Part shown: in pieces, positions 26,072 through 40,822 of the stretch | Position numbering within the stretch: position 1 is the first letter of the stretch | Layout of the letters: the number at the start of each line of letters is the position of its first letter | DNA from: Auanema rhodensis | Lineage: Eukaryota > Animalia > Nematoda | Length of the DNA: 64,000 nt | Assembly: GCA_964057225.1 (NCBI GenBank) | Contig: OZ059899.1 | Location: forward strand, 9,672,001-9,736,000 | Direction: 5' to 3' | Position numbers and translations under genes: made by a program | The notes under the pieces: model-generated | What the model was told of the DNA's origin: nothing | The model's database searches: none | Seen by the model: the letters and a program-made list of their open reading frames with translations, nothing else

Positions 26072-26608
26072 TAAATTTTTTTCATTTCAATTGTCACATA
26101 TAAAAATCGAATTTATCTTTTTCAACGATCATTTTTGCAATGTGTCATAAGAATTTCATAGTTGAACAAAACGTTTTTCAAGAAGTTTTTTTGTTGTCAA
26201 CATATAAATTTTCCTGGAATTCGAGAGCATTTGGGATGGAAATTAGAAAGAAAAGAACTAGTTTTTCCTACTTTAAAACAAACAATAAGAAATAAAATAA
26301 AAAAGATTGTTAGATATCCAATTTAAACTTATACATTTACTTCGATAAAGAGCCTATTAGTTTGAAATTTTATGTCTTACAGTTCTCCAACAGAACAGAC
26401 TGATCCTGATTTCTCTATGATTACATAAAACTCTCGTTTGATATAAAAAAAGAAGAGGAATAACGTTTCCAGGATGTCAATGATATCGAATCTAGTGATA
26501 TTGTAGAAAAATGTAATGTCAGCTCCATAGGTTTTCTCTTAATTTCTCTCATCACAATATTCTTAGTTTTTTTTTCTCATAAGAGTTTCTGAAATCTTAG
26601 TTGAACAA

Positions 26609-26681
26609 GGCCGCGTGGCGCAATGGATAACGCGTCTGCCTACGGAGCAGAAGATTGTAGGTTCGAATCCTGCCGTGGTCG
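26609..26681 (+). tRNA. tRNA-Arg(ACG)
   Basis: Consensus copy. Confidence 0.95.
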
Positions 26682-27628
26682 TAAATTTTTTTCATTTCAC
26701 TTGTCATTTATAAAAATCGAATTTATCTTTTTCAACGATTATTTTTGCATCGTGTCATAAGAATTTCACAGTTGAACAAAACGTTTTTTAAGAAGTTTTT
26801 TTGTTGTCAACATATATATTTTCCTGGAATTCGAAAGCATTTGGGATGGAAATTAGAAAGAAAAGAACTAGTTTTTCCTACTTTAAAACAAACAATAAGA
26901 AATAAAATAAAAAAGATTGTTAGATATCCAATTTAAACTTATACATTTACTTCGATAAAGAGCCTATTAGTTTGAAATTTTATGTCTTACAGTTCTCCAA
27001 CAGAACAGACTGATCCTGATTTCTCTATGATTACATAAAACTCTCGTTTGATATAAAAAAAGGAGAGGAATAACGTTTCCAGGATGTCAATGATATCGAA
27101 TCTAGTGATATTGTAGAAAAATGTAACGTCAGCTCCATAGGTTTTCTCTTAATTTCTCTCATCACAATAGTCTTAGTTTTTTTTCATAAGAGTTTCTGAA
27201 ATCTTAGTTGAACAAGGCATTATATATCTTTTTCTGAAATTCGAAAGCATTTGGGATGGAAATTAGAAAGAAAAGAACTAGTTTTTCCTACTTTAAAACA
27301 AACAATAAGAAATAAAATGAAAAAGATTGTTAGATATCCAATTTAAACTTATACATTTACTTCGATAAAGAGCCTATTAGTTTGAAATTTTATGTCTTAC
27401 AGTTCTCCAACACAACAGACTAATCCTGATTTCTCTATGATTACATAAAACTCTCGTTTGATATAAAAAAAGGAGAGGAATAACGTTTCCAGGATGTCAA
27501 TGATATCGAATCTAGTGATATTGTAGAAAAATGTAATGTCAGCTCCATAGGTTTTCTCTTAAGTTCTCTCATCACAATATTCTTAGTTTTTTTTCCTCAT
27601 AAGAGTTTCTGAAATCTTAGTTGAACAA

Positions 27629-27701
27629 GGCCGCGTGGCGCAATGGATAACGCGTCTGCCTACGGAGCAGAAGATTGTAGGTTCGAATCCTGCCGTGGTC
27701 G
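27629..27701 (+). tRNA. tRNA-Arg(ACG)
   Basis: Consensus copy. Confidence 0.95.
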
Positions 27702-27848
27702 TAAATTTTTTTCATTTCTACATTTATTTCGATAAAGAGCCTATTAGATTGAAATTTTATGTTTTACAGTTCTCCAACACAACAGACTGATCCTTATTTC
27801 TCTATGATTACATAAAACTCTCGTTTGATATGAAAAAAGGAGAGGAAT

Positions 27849-28228
27849 TGTCACATCTGCTAGCACATGGTAAACATGTGCGCGCTATTCAAATAGCGGG
27901 AGCCTGAACAAGCCCCGCCAACAACATGGGACACACATGGCACTCTTGCTTCTGGCCTAACCCAGATAGGTTGTCTTATAGTCATGTGAGTCTCATCTCT
28001 ATATCATCTATATATATACTCTATTTAATACTTTATTATATCTCTTTATATTCTTTCTTAATGTAATTCTTATATTGTATTTTCTTGTTATCTGATAATG
28101 AATCCTTTTCGCTTAAGTATTTGTCTTAATAAGGAAATCGGGGCGTTCGGGTCTGCCTACCTAAGGAACAAGGTAGAAGTACATATATCTTCCGACCATG
28201 AAAAGACGGGAAGAAACAATATGTAACG
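27849..28228 (+). mobile_element. Solo LTR (380 bp)
   Basis: Same site and TSD as 11578-11957. Confidence 0.95.
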
Positions 28229-28378
28229 GAATAACGTTTCCAGGATATCAATGATATCGAATCTAGTGATATTGTAAAAAAATGTAATGTCAGCTTCATA
28301 GGTTTTCTCTTAATTTCTCTCATCACAATTGTCTTAGTTTTTTTTCTCATAAGAGTTTCTGAAATCTTAGTTGAACAA

Positions 28379-28451
28379 GGCCGCGTGGCGCAATGGATAA
28401 CGCGTCTGCCTACGGAGCAGAAGATTGTAGGTTCGAATCCTGCCGTGGTCG
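28379..28451 (+). tRNA. tRNA-Arg(ACG)
   Basis: Consensus copy. Confidence 0.95.
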
Positions 28452-28986
28452 TAAATTTTTTTCATTTCACTTGTCATTTACAAAAATCGAATTTATCTTC
28501 TTCAACCATTATTTTTGCAATGTGTCATAAGAATTTCACAGTTGAACAAAACGTTTTTTAAGAAGTTTTTTTGTTGTCAACATATATATTTTCCTGGAAT
28601 TTGAAAGCATTTGGGATGGAAATTAGAAAGAAAAGAACTAGTTTTTCCTACTTCAAAACAAACAATAAGAAATAAAATGAAAAAGATTGTTGGATATCCA
28701 ATTTAAACTTATACATTTACTTTGATAAAGAGCCTATTAGATTGAAATTTTATGTCTTACAGTTCTCCAACAGAACAGACTGGTCCTGATTTTTCTACGA
28801 TTACAAAAAACTCTCGTTTGATATAAAAAAAGGAGAGGAATAACGTTTCCAGGATGTCAATGATATCGAATCTAGTGATATTGTAGAAAAATGTAATGTC
28901 AGCTCCATAGTTTTTCTCTTAATTTCTCTCATCACAATAGTCTTAGTTTTTTTTTCATAAGAGTTTCTGAAATCTTAGTTGAACAA

Positions 28987-29059
28987 GGCCGCGTGGCGCA
29001 ATGGATAACGCGTCTGCCTACGGAGCAGAAGATTGTAGGTTCGAATCCTGCCGTGGTCG
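28987..29059 (+). tRNA. tRNA-Arg(ACG)
   Basis: Consensus copy. Confidence 0.95.
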
Positions 29060-29596
29060 TAAATTTTTTTCATTTCAATTGTCACATATAAAAATCGAAT
29101 TTATCTTTTTCAACGATCATTTTTGCAATGTGTCATAAGAATTTCATAGTTGAACAAAACGTTTTTCAAGAAGTTTTTTTGTTGTCAACATATAAATTTT
29201 CCTGGAATTCGAGAGCATTTGGGATGGAAATTAGAAAGAAAAGAACTAGTTTTTCCTACTTTAAAACAAACAATAAGAAATAAAATAAAAAAGATTGTTA
29301 GATATCCAATTTAAACTTATACATTTACTTCGATAAAGAGCCTATTAGTTTGAAATTTTATGTCTTACAGTTCTCCAACATAACAGACTGATCCTGATTT
29401 CTCTATGATTACATAAAACTCTCGTTTGATATAAAAAAAGAAGAGGAATAACGTTTCCAGGATGTCAATGATATCGAATCTAGTGATATTGTAGAAAAAT
29501 GTAATGTCAGCTCCATAGGTTTTCTCTTAATTTCTCTCATCACAATATTCTTAGTTTTTTTTTCTCATAAGAGTTTCTGAAATCTTAGTTGAACAA

Positions 29597-29669
29597 GGCC
29601 GCGTGGCGCAATGGATAACGCGTCTGCCTACGGAGCAGAAGATTGTAGGTTCGAATCCTGCCGTGGTCG
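29597..29669 (+). tRNA. tRNA-Arg(ACG)
   Basis: Consensus copy. Confidence 0.95.
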
Positions 29670-30206
29670 TAAATTTTTTTCATTTCACTTGTCATTTATA
29701 AAAATCGAATTTATCTTTTTCAACGATTATTTTTGCATCGTGTCATAAGAACTTCACAGTTGAACAAAACGTTTTTTAAGAAGTTTTTTTGTTGTCAACA
29801 TATATATTTTCCTGGAATTCGAAAGCATTTGGGATGGAAATTAGAAAGAAAAGAACTAGTTTTTCCTACTTTAAAACAAACAATAAGAAATAAAATAAAA
29901 AAGATTGTTAGATATCCAATTTAAACTTATACATTTACTTCGATAAAGAGCCTATTAGTTTGAAATTTTATGTCTTACAGTTCTCCAACAGAACAGACTG
30001 ATCCTGATTTCTCTATGATTACATAAAACTCTCGTTTGATATAAAAAAAGGAGAGGAATAACGTTTCCAGGATGTCAATGATATCGAATCTAGTGATATT
30101 GTAGAAAAATGTAATGTCAGCTCCATAGGTTTTCTCTTAATTTCTCTCATCACAATATTCTTAGTTTTTTTTCCTCATAAGAGTTTCTGAAATCTTAGTT
30201 GAACAA

Positions 30207-30279
30207 GGCCGCGTGGCGCAATGGATAACGCGTCTGCCTACGGAGCAGAAGATTGTAGGTTCGAATCCTGCCGTGGTCG
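30207..30279 (+). tRNA. tRNA-Arg(ACG)
   Basis: Consensus copy. Confidence 0.95.
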
Positions 30280-30426
30280 TAAATTTTTTTCATTTCTACA
30301 TTTATTTCGATAAAGAGCCTATTAGATTGAAATTTTATGTTTTACAGTTCTCCAACACAACAGACTGATCCTTATTTCTCTATGATTACATAAAACTCTC
30401 GTTTGATATGAAAAAAGGAGAGGAAT

Positions 30427-30806
30427 TGTCACATCTGCTAGCACATGGTAAACATGTGCGCGCTATTCAAATAGCGGGAGCCTGAACAAGCCCCGCCAAC
30501 AACATGGGACACACATGGCACTCTTGCTTCTGGCCTAACCCAGATAGGTTGTCTTATAGTCATGTGAGTCTCATCTCTATATCATCTATATATATACTCT
30601 ATTTAATACTTTATTATATCTCTTTATATTCTTTCTTAATGTAATTCTTATATTGTATTTTCTTGTTATCTGATAATGAATCCTTTTCGCTTAAGTATTT
30701 GTCTTAATAAGGAAATCGGGGCGTTCGGGTCTGCCTACCTAAGGAACAAGGTAGAAGTACATATATCTTCCGACCATGAAAAGACGGGAAGAAACAATAT
30801 GTAACG
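30427..30806 (+). mobile_element. Solo LTR (380 bp)
   Basis: Same site and TSD as 11578-11957. Confidence 0.95.
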
Positions 30807-30956
30807 GAATAACGTTTCCAGGATATCAATGATATCGAATCTAGTGATATTGTAAAAAAATGTAATGTCAGCTCCATAGGTTTTCTCTTAATTTCTCTCA
30901 TCACAATTGTCTTAGTTTTTTTTCTCATAAGAGTTTCTGAAATCTTAGTTGAACAA

Positions 30957-31029
30957 GGCCGCGTGGCGCAATGGATAACGCGTCTGCCTACGGAGCAGAA
31001 GATTGTAGGTTCGAATCCTGCCGTGGTCG
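30957..31029 (+). tRNA. tRNA-Arg(ACG)
   Basis: Consensus copy. Confidence 0.95.
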
Positions 31030-31564
31030 TAAATTTTTTTCATTTCACTTGTCATTTACAAAAATCGAATTTATCTTCTTCAACCATTATTTTTGCAATG
31101 TGTCATAAGAATTTCACAGTTGAACAAAACGTTTTTTAAGAAGTTTTTTTGTTGTCAACATATATATTTTCCTGGAATTTGAAAGCATTTGGGATGGAAA
31201 TTAGAAAGAAAAGAACTAGTTTTTCCTACTTCAAAACAAACAATAAGAAATAAAATGAAAAAGATTGTTGGATATCCAATTTAAACTTATACATTTACTT
31301 TGATAAAGAGCCTATTAGATTGAAATTTTATGTCTTACAGTTCTCCAACAGAACAGACTGGTCCTGATTTTTCTACGATTACAAAAAACTCTCGTTTGAT
31401 ATAAAAAAAGGAGAGGAATAACGTTTCCAGGATGTCAATGATATCGAATCTAGTGATATTGTAGAAAAATGTAATGTCAGCTCCATAGTTTTTCTCTTAA
31501 TTTCTCTCATCACAATAGTCTTAGTTTTTTTTTCATAAGAGTTTCTGAAATCTTAGTTGAACAA

Positions 31565-31637
31565 GGCCGCGTGGCGCAATGGATAACGCGTCTGCCTACG
31601 GAGCAGAAGATTGTAGGTTCGAATCCTGCCGTGGTCG
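31565..31637 (+). tRNA. tRNA-Arg(ACG)
   Basis: Consensus copy. Confidence 0.95.
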
Positions 31638-34600
31638 TAAATTTTTTTCATTTCAATTGTCACATATAAAAATCGAATTTATCTTTTTCAACGATCATTT
31701 TTGCAATGTGTCATAAGAATTTCATAGTTGAACAAAACGTTTTTCAAGAAGTTTTTTTGTTGTCAACATATAAATTTTCCTGGAATTCGAGAGCATTTGG
31801 GATGGAAATTAGAAAGAAAAGAACTAGTTTTTCCTACTTTAAAACAAACAATAAGAAATGAAATAAAAAAGATTGTTAGATATCCAATTTAAACTTATAC
31901 ATTTACTTCGATAAAGAGCCTATTAGTTTGAAATTTTATGTCTTACAGTTCTCCAACAGAACAGACTGATCCTGATTTCTCTATGATTACATAAAACTCT
32001 CGTTTGATATAAAAAAAGGAGAGGAATAACGTTTCCAGGATGTCAATGATATCGAATCTAGTGATATTGTAGAAAAATGTAATGTCAGCTCCATAGGTTT
32101 TCTCTTAATTTCTCTCATCACAATAGTCTTAGTTTTTTTTCATAAGAGTTTCTGAAATCTTAGTTGAACAAGGCATTATATATCTTTTTCTGAAATTCGA
32201 AAGCATTTGGGATGGAAATTAGAAAGAAAAGAACTAGTTTTTCCTACTTTAAAACAAACAATAAGAAATAAAATGAAAAAGATTGTTAGATATCCAATTT
32301 AAACTTATACATTTACTTCGATAAAGAGCCTATTAGTTTGAAATTTTATGTCTTACAGTTCTCCAACACAACAGACTGATCCTGATTTTTCTACGATTAC
32401 ATAAAACTCTCGTTTGATATAAAAGCATATTGGATAGAAATTTCGAAAGCATTTTGGATGGAAATTAGAACGGAAAGAACTAGTTTTTTCTAATTTAAAA
32501 CAAACAATAATAAACAAAATAAAAAGATTGTTAGATATCCAATTTTAACTTATACATTTACTTCGATGAAGAGCCTATTAGATTGAATTTTTATGTCTTA
32601 CAGTTCTCCAACAGAACAGACTGATCCTGATTTCTCTATGATTACATAAAACTCTCGTTTGATATACAAAAAGAAGAGGAATAACGTTTCCAGGATATCA
32701 ATGATATCGAATCTAGTGATATTGTAGAAAAATGTAATGTCAGCTCCATAGTTTTTCTCTTAATTTCTCTCATCACAATAGTCTTAGTTTTTTTCCATAA
32801 GAGTTTCTGAAATCTTAGTTGAACAAGGCATTATATATCTTTTTCTGGAATTTGAAAGCATTTGGGATGGAAATTAGAAAGAAAAGAACTAGTTTTTCCT
32901 ACTTCAAAACAAACAATAAGAAATAAAATGAAAAAGATTGTTAGATATCCAATTTAAACTTATACATTTACTTCGATAAAGAGCCTATTAGTTTGAAATT
33001 TTATGTCTTACAGTTCTCCAACACAACAGACTGATCCTGATTTCTCTATGATTACATAAAACTCTCGTTTGATATACAAAAAGGAGAGGAATAACGTTTC
33101 CAGGATATCAATGATATCGAATCTAGTGATATTGTAGAAAAATGTAATGTCAGCTCCATAGTTTTTCTCTTAATTTCTCTCATCACAATAGTCTTAGTTT
33201 TTTTTCATAAGAGTTTCTGAAATCTTAGTTGAACAAGGCATTATATATTTTTTTCTGGAATTCGAAAGCATTTGGGATGGAAATTAGAAAGAAAAGAACT
33301 AGTTTTTCCTACTTCAAAACAAACAATAAGAAATAAAATGAAAAAGATTGTTAGATATCCAATTTAAACTTATACATTTACTTCGATAAAGAGCCTATTA
33401 GTTTGAAATTTTATGTCTTACAGTTCTCCAACACAACAGACTGATCCTGATTTCTCTATGATTACATAAAACTCTCGTTTGATATACAAAAAGGAGAGGA
33501 ATAACGTTTCCAGGATATCAATGATATCGAATCTAGTGATATTGTAGAAAAATGTAATGTCAGCTCCATAGTTTTTCTCTTAATTTCTCTCATCACAATA
33601 GTCTTAGTTTTTTTTCATAAGAGTTTCTGAAATCTTAGTTGAACAAGGCATTATATATCTTTTTCTGGAATTCGAAAGCATTTGGGATGGAAATTAGAAA
33701 GAAAAGAACTAGTTTTTCCTACTTCAAAACAAACAATAAGAAATAAAATGAAAAAGATTGTTAGATATCCAATTTAAACTTATACATTCACTTCGATAAA
33801 GAGCCTATTAGTTTGAAATTTTATGTCTTACAGTTCTCCAACACAACAGACTGATCCTGATTTCTCTATGATTACATAAATCTCTCGTTTGATATACAAA
33901 AAGGAGAGGAATAACGTTTCCAGGATATCAATGATATCGAATCTAGTGATATTGTAGAAAAATGTAATGTCAGCTCCATAGTTTTTCTCTTAATTTCTCT
34001 CATCACAATAGTCTTAGTTTTTTTTCATAAGAGTTTCTGAAATCTTAGTTGAACAAGGCATTATATATTTTTTTCTGGAATTCGAAAGCATTTGGGATGG
34101 AAATTAGAAAGAAAAGAACTAGTTTTTCCTACTTCAAAACAAACAATAAGAAATAAAATGAAAAAGATTGTTAGATATCCAATTTAAACTTATACATTTA
34201 CTTCGATAAAGAGCCTATTAGTTTGAAATTTTATGTCTTACAGTTCTCCAACACAACAGACTGATCCTGATTTCTCTATGATTACATAAAACTCTCGTTT
34301 GATATACAAAAAGGAGAGGAATAACGTTTCCAGGATATCAATGATATCGAATCTAGTGATATTGTAGAAAAATGTAATGTCAGCTCCATAGTTTTTCTCT
34401 TAATTTCTCTCATCACAATAGTCTTAGTTTTTTTTCATAAGAGTTTCTGAAATCTTAGTTGAACAAGGCATTATATATCTTTTTCTGGAATTCGAAAGCA
34501 TTTGGGATGGAAATTAGAAAGAAAAGAACTAGTTTTTCCTACTTCAAAACAAACAATAAGAAATAAAATGAAAAAGATTGTTAGATATCCAATTTAAACT

Positions 34601-34877
34601 TATACATTCACTTCGATAAAGAGCCTATTAGTTTGAAATTTTATGTCTTACAGTTCTCCAACACAACAGACTGATCCTGATTTCTCTATGATTACATAAA
34701 TCTCTCGTTTGATATACAAAAAGGAGAGGAATAACGTTTCCAGGATATCAATGATATCGAATCTAGTGATATTGTAGAAAAATGTAATGTCAGCTCCATA
34801 GGTTTTCTCTTAATTTCTCTCATCACAATAGTCTTAGTTTTTTTTTCATAAGAGTTTCTGAAATCTTAGTTGAACAA

Positions 34878-34950
34878 GGCCGCGTGGCGCAATGGATAAC
34901 GCGTCTGCCTACGGAGCAGAAGATTGTAGGTTCGAATCCTGCCGTGGTCG
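34878..34950 (+). tRNA. tRNA-Arg(ACG)
   Basis: Consensus copy. Confidence 0.95.
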
Positions 34951-35895
34951 TAATTTTTTTTCATTTCACTTGTCATTTACAAAAATCGAATTCATCTTTT
35001 TCAACGATTATTTTTGCAATGTGTCATAAGAATTTCACAGTTGAACAAAACGTTTTTTAAGAAGTTTTTTTGTTGTCAACATATATATTTTCCTGGAATT
35101 TGAAAGCATTTGGGATGGAAATTAGAAAGAAAAGAACTAGTTTTCCCTACTTCAAAACAAACAATAAGAAATAAAATGAAAAAGATTGTTGGATATCCAA
35201 TTTAAACTTATACATTTACTTCGATAAAGAGCCTATTAGTTTGAAATTTTATGTCTTACAGTTCTCCAACAGAACAGACTGATCCTGATTTCTCTATGAT
35301 TACATAAAACTCTCGTTTGATATAAAAAAAGGAGAGGAATAACGTTTCCAGGATGTCAATGATATCGAATCTAGTGATATTGTAGAAAAATGTAATGTCA
35401 GCTCCATAGTTTTTCTCTTAATTTCTCTCATCACAATAGTCTTAGTTTTTTTTCATAAGAGTTTCTGAAATCTTAGTTGAACAAGGCATTATATATCTTT
35501 TTCTGGAATTCGAAAGCATTTGGGATGGAAATTAGAAAGAAAAGAACTAGTTTTTCCTACTTCAAAACAAACAATAAGAAATAAAATGAAAAAGATTGTT
35601 AGATATCCAATTTAAACTTATACATTCACTTCGATAAAGAGCCTATTAGTTTGAAATTTTATGTCTTACAGTTCTCCAACACAACAGACTGATCCTGATT
35701 TCTCTATGATTACATAAATCTCTCGTTTGATATACAAAAAGGAGAGGAATAACGTTTCCAGGATATCAATGATATCGAATCTAGTGATATTGTAGAAAAA
35801 TGTAATGTCAGCTCCATAGGTTTTCTCTTAATTTCTCTCATCACAATAGTCTTAGTTTTTTTTTCATAAGAGTTTCTGAAATCTTAGTTGAACAA

Positions 35896-35968
35896 GGCCG
35901 CGTGGCGCAATGGATAACGCGTCTGCCTACGGAGCAGAAGATTGTAGGTTCGAATCCTGCCGTGGTCG
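35896..35968 (+). tRNA. tRNA-Arg(ACG)
   Basis: Consensus copy. Confidence 0.95.
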
Positions 35969-36503
35969 TAATTTTTTTTCATTTCACTTGTCATTTACAA
36001 AAATCGAATTCATCTTTTTCAACGATTATTTTTGCAATGTGTCATAAGAATTTCACAGTTGAACAAAACGTTTTTTAAGAAGTTTTTTTGTTGTCAACAT
36101 ATATATTTTCCTGGAATTTGAAAGCATTTGGGATGGAAATTAGAAAGAAAAGAACTAGTTTTCCCTACTTCAAAACAAACATTAAGAAATAAAATGAAAA
36201 AGATTGTTGGATATCCAATTTAAACTTATACATTTACTTTGATAAAGAGCCTATTAGATTGAAATTTTATGTCTTACAGTTCTCCAACAGAACAGACTGG
36301 TCCTGATTTTTCTACGATTACAAAAAACTCTCGTTTGATATAAAAAAAGGAGAGGAATAACGTTTCCAGGATGTCAATGATATCGAATCTAGTGATATTG
36401 TAGAAAAATGTAATGTCAGCTCCATAGTTTTTCTCTTAATTTCTCTCATCACAATAGTCTTAGTTTTTTTTTCATAAGAGTTTCTGAAATCTTAGTTGAA
36501 CAA

Positions 36504-36576
36504 GGCCGCGTGGCGCAATGGATAACGCGTCTGCCTACGGAGCAGAAGATTGTAGGTTCGAATCCTGCCGTGGTCG
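36504..36576 (+). tRNA. tRNA-Arg(ACG)
   Basis: Consensus copy. Confidence 0.95.
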
Positions 36577-38586
36577 TAAATTTTTTTCATTTCAATTGTC
36601 ACATATAAAAATCGAATTTATCTTTTTCAACGATCATTTTTGCAATGTGTCATAAGAATTTCATAGTTGAACAAAACGTTTTTTAAGAAGTTTTTTTGTT
36701 GTCAACATATAAATTTTCCTGGAATTCGAGAGCATTTGGGATGGAAATTAGAAAGAAAAGAACTAGTTTTTCCTACTTTAAAACAAACAATAAAAAATAA
36801 AATAAAAAAGATTGTTAGATATCCAATTTAAACTTATACATTTACTCCGATAAAGAGCCTATTAGTTTGAAATTTTATGTCTTACAGTTCTCCAACACAA
36901 CAGACTGATCCTGATTTTTCTACGATTACATAAAACTCTCGTTTGATATAAAAGCATATTGGATAGAAATTTCGAAAGCATTTTGGATGGAAATTAGAAC
37001 GGAAAGAACTAGTTTTTTCTAATTTAAAACAAACAATAATAAACAAAATGAAAAGATTGTTAGATATCCAATTTTAACTTATACATTTACTTCGATGAAG
37101 AGCCTATTAGATTGAATTTTTATGTCTTACAGTTCTCCAACAGAACAGACTGATCCTGATTTCTCTATGATTACATAAAACTCTCGTTTGATATACAAAA
37201 AGGAGAGGAATAACGTTTCCAGGATATCAATGATATCGAATCTAGTGATATTGTAGAAAAATGTAATGTCAGCTCCATAGTTTTTCTCTTAATTTCTCTC
37301 ATCACAATAGTCTTAGTTTTTTTTCATAAGAGTTTCTGAAATCTTAGTTGAACAAGGCATTATATATCTTTTTCTGGAATTTGAAAGCATTTGGGATGGA
37401 AATTAGAAAGAAAAGAACTAGTTTTTCCTACTTCAAAACAAACAATAAGAAATAAAATGGAAAAGATTGTTAGATATCCAATTTAAACTTATACATTTAC
37501 TTCGATAAAGAGCCTATTAGTTTGAAATTTTATGTCTTACAGTTCTCCAACACAACAGACTGATCCTGATTTCTCTATGATTACATAAAACTCTCGTTTG
37601 ATATACAAAAAGGAGAGGAATAACGTTTCCAGGATATCAATGATATCGAATCTAGTGATATTGTAGAAAAATGTAATGTCAGCTCCATAGTTTTTCTCTT
37701 AATTTCTCTCATCACAATAGTCTTAGTTTTTTTTCATAAGAGTTTCTGAAATCTTAGTTGAACAAGGCATTATATATTTTTTTCTGGAATTCGAAAGCAT
37801 TTGGGATGGAAATTAGAAAGAAAAGAACTAGTTTTTCCTACTTCAAAACAAACAATAAGAAATAAAATGAAAAAGATTGTTAGATATCCAATTTAAACTT
37901 ATACATTTACTTCGATAAAGAGCCTATTAGTTTGAAATTTTATGTCTTACAGTTCTCCAACACAACAGACTGATCCTGATTTCTCTATGATTACATAAAA
38001 CTCTCGTTTGATATACAAAAAGGAGAGGAATAACGTTTCCAGGATATCAATGATATCGAATCTAGTGATATTGTAGAAAAATGTAATGTCAGCTCCATAG
38101 TTTTTCTCTTAATTTCTCTCATCACAATAGTCTTAGTTTTTTTTCATAAGAGTTTCTGAAATCTTAGTTGAACAAGGCATTATATATCTTTTTCTGGAAT
38201 TCGAAAGCATTTGGGATGGAAATTAGAAAGAAAAGAACTAGTTTTTCCTACTTCAAAACAAACAATAAGAAATAAAATGAAAAAGATTGTTAGATATCCA
38301 ATTTAAACTTATACATTCACTTCGATAAAGAGCCTATTAGTTTGAAATTTTATGTCTTACAGTTCTCCAACACAACAGACTGATCCTGATTTCTCTATGA
38401 TTACATAAATCTCTCGTTTGATATACAAAAAAGAGAGGAATAACGTTTCCAGGATATCAATGATATCGAATCTAGTGATATTGTAGAAAAATGTAATGTC
38501 AGCTCCATAGTTTTTCTCTTAATTTCTCTCATCACAATAGTCTTAGTTTTTTTTTCATAAGAGTTTCTGAAATCTTAGTTGAACAA

Positions 38587-38659
38587 GGCCGCGTGGCGCA
38601 ATGGATAACGCGTCTGCCTACGGAGCAGAAGATTGTAGGTTCGAATCCTGCCGTGGTCG
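38587..38659 (+). tRNA. tRNA-Arg(ACG)
   Basis: Consensus copy. Confidence 0.95.
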
Positions 38660-39604
38660 TAAATTTTTTTCATTTCAATTGTCACATATAAAAATCGAAT
38701 TTATCTTTTTCAACGATCATTTTTGCAATGTGTCATAAGAATTTCATAGTTGAACAAAACGTTTTTCAAGAAGTTTTTTTGTTGTCAACATATAAATTTT
38801 CCTGGAATTCGAGAGCATTTGGGATGGAAATTAGAAAGAAAAGAACTAGTTTTTCCTACTTTAAAACAAACAATAAGAAATAAAATAAAAAAGATTGTTA
38901 GATATCCAATTTAAACTTATACATTTACTTCGATAAAGAGCCTATTAGTTTGAAATTTTATGTCTTACAGTTCTCCAACAGAACAGACTGATCCTGATTT
39001 CTCTATGATTACATAAAACTCTCGTTTGATATAAAAAAAGAAGAGGAATAACGTTTCCAGGATGTCAATGATATCGAATCTAGTGATATTGTAGAAAAAT
39101 GTAATGTCAGCTCCATAGTTTTTCTCTTAATTTCTCTCATCACAATAGTCTTAGTTTTTTTTCATAAGAGTTTCTGAAATCTTAGTTGAACAAGGCATTA
39201 TATATCTTTTTCTGGAATTCGAAAGCATTTGGGATGGAAATTAGAAAGAAAAGAACTAGTTTTTCCTACTTCAAAACAAACAATAAGAAATAAAATGAAA
39301 AAGATTGTTAGATATCCAATTTAAACTTATACATTCACTTCGATAAAGAGCCTATTAGTTTGAAATTTTATGTCTTACAGTTCTCCAACACAACAGACTG
39401 ATCCTGATTTCTCTATGATTACATAAATCTCTCGTTTGATATACAAAAAAGAGAGGAATAACGTTTCCAGGATATCAATGATATCGAATCTAGTGATATT
39501 GTAGAAAAATGTAATGTCAGCTCCATAGTTTTTCTCTTAATTTCTCTCATCACAATAGTCTTAGTTTTTTTTTCATAAGAGTTTCTGAAATCTTAGTTGA
39601 ACAA

Positions 39605-39677
39605 GGCCGCGTGGCGCAATGGATAACGCGTCTGCCTACGGAGCAGAAGATTGTAGGTTCGAATCCTGCCGTGGTCG
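39605..39677 (+). tRNA. tRNA-Arg(ACG)
   Basis: Consensus copy. Confidence 0.95.
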
Positions 39678-40214
39678 TAAATTTTTTTCATTTCAATTGT
39701 CACATATAAAAATCGAATTTATCTTTTTCAACGATCATTTTTGCAATGTGTCATAAGAATTTCATAGTTGAACAAAACGTTTTTCAAGAAGTTTTTTTGT
39801 TGTCAACATATAAATTTTCCTGGAATTCGAGAGCATTTGGGATGGAAATTAGAAAGAAAAAAACTAGTTTTTCCTACTTTAAAACAAACAATAAGAAATA
39901 AAATAAAAAAGATTGTTAGATATCCAATTTAAACTTATACATTTACTTCGATAAAGAGCCTATTAGTTTGAAATTTTATGTCTTACAGTTCTCCAACAGA
40001 ACAGACTGATCCTGATTTCTCTATGATTACATAAAACTCTCGTTTGATATAAAAAAAGAAGAGGAATAACGTTTCCAGGATGTCAATGATATCGAATCTA
40101 GTGATATTGTAGAAAAATGTAATGTCAGCTCCATAGGTTTTCTCTTAATTTCTCTCATCACAATATTCTTAGTTTTTTTTTCTCATAAGAGTTTCTGAAA
40201 TCTTAGTTGAACAA

Positions 40215-40287
40215 GGCCGCGTGGCGCAATGGATAACGCGTCTGCCTACGGAGCAGAAGATTGTAGGTTCGAATCCTGCCGTGGTCG
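40215..40287 (+). tRNA. tRNA-Arg(ACG)
   Basis: Consensus copy. Confidence 0.95.
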
Positions 40288-40822
40288 TAAATTTTTTTCA
40301 TTTCACTTGACATTTACAAAAATCGAATTTATCTTCTTCAACCATTATTTTTGCAATGTGTCATAAGAATTTCACAGTTGAACAAAACGTTTTTTAAGAA
40401 GTTTTTTTGTTGTCAACATATATATTTTCCTGGAATTTGAAAGCATTTGGGATGGAAATTAGAAAGAAAAGAACTAGTTTTTCCTACTTCAAAACAAACA
40501 ATAAGAAATAAAATGAAAAAGATTGTTGGATATCCAATTTAAACTTATACATTTACTTTGATAAAGAGCCTATTAGATTGAAATTTTATGTCTTACAGTT
40601 CTCCAACAGAACAGACTGGTCCTGATTTTTCTACGATTACAAAAAACTCTCGTTTGATATAAAAAAAGGAGAGGAATAACGTTTCCAGGATGTCAATGAT
40701 ATCGAATCTAGTGATATTGTAGAAAAATGTAATGTCAGCTCCATAGTTTTTCTCTTAATTTCTCTCATCACAATAGTCTTAGTTTTTTTTTCATAAGAGT
40801 TTCTGAAATCTTAGTTGAACAA

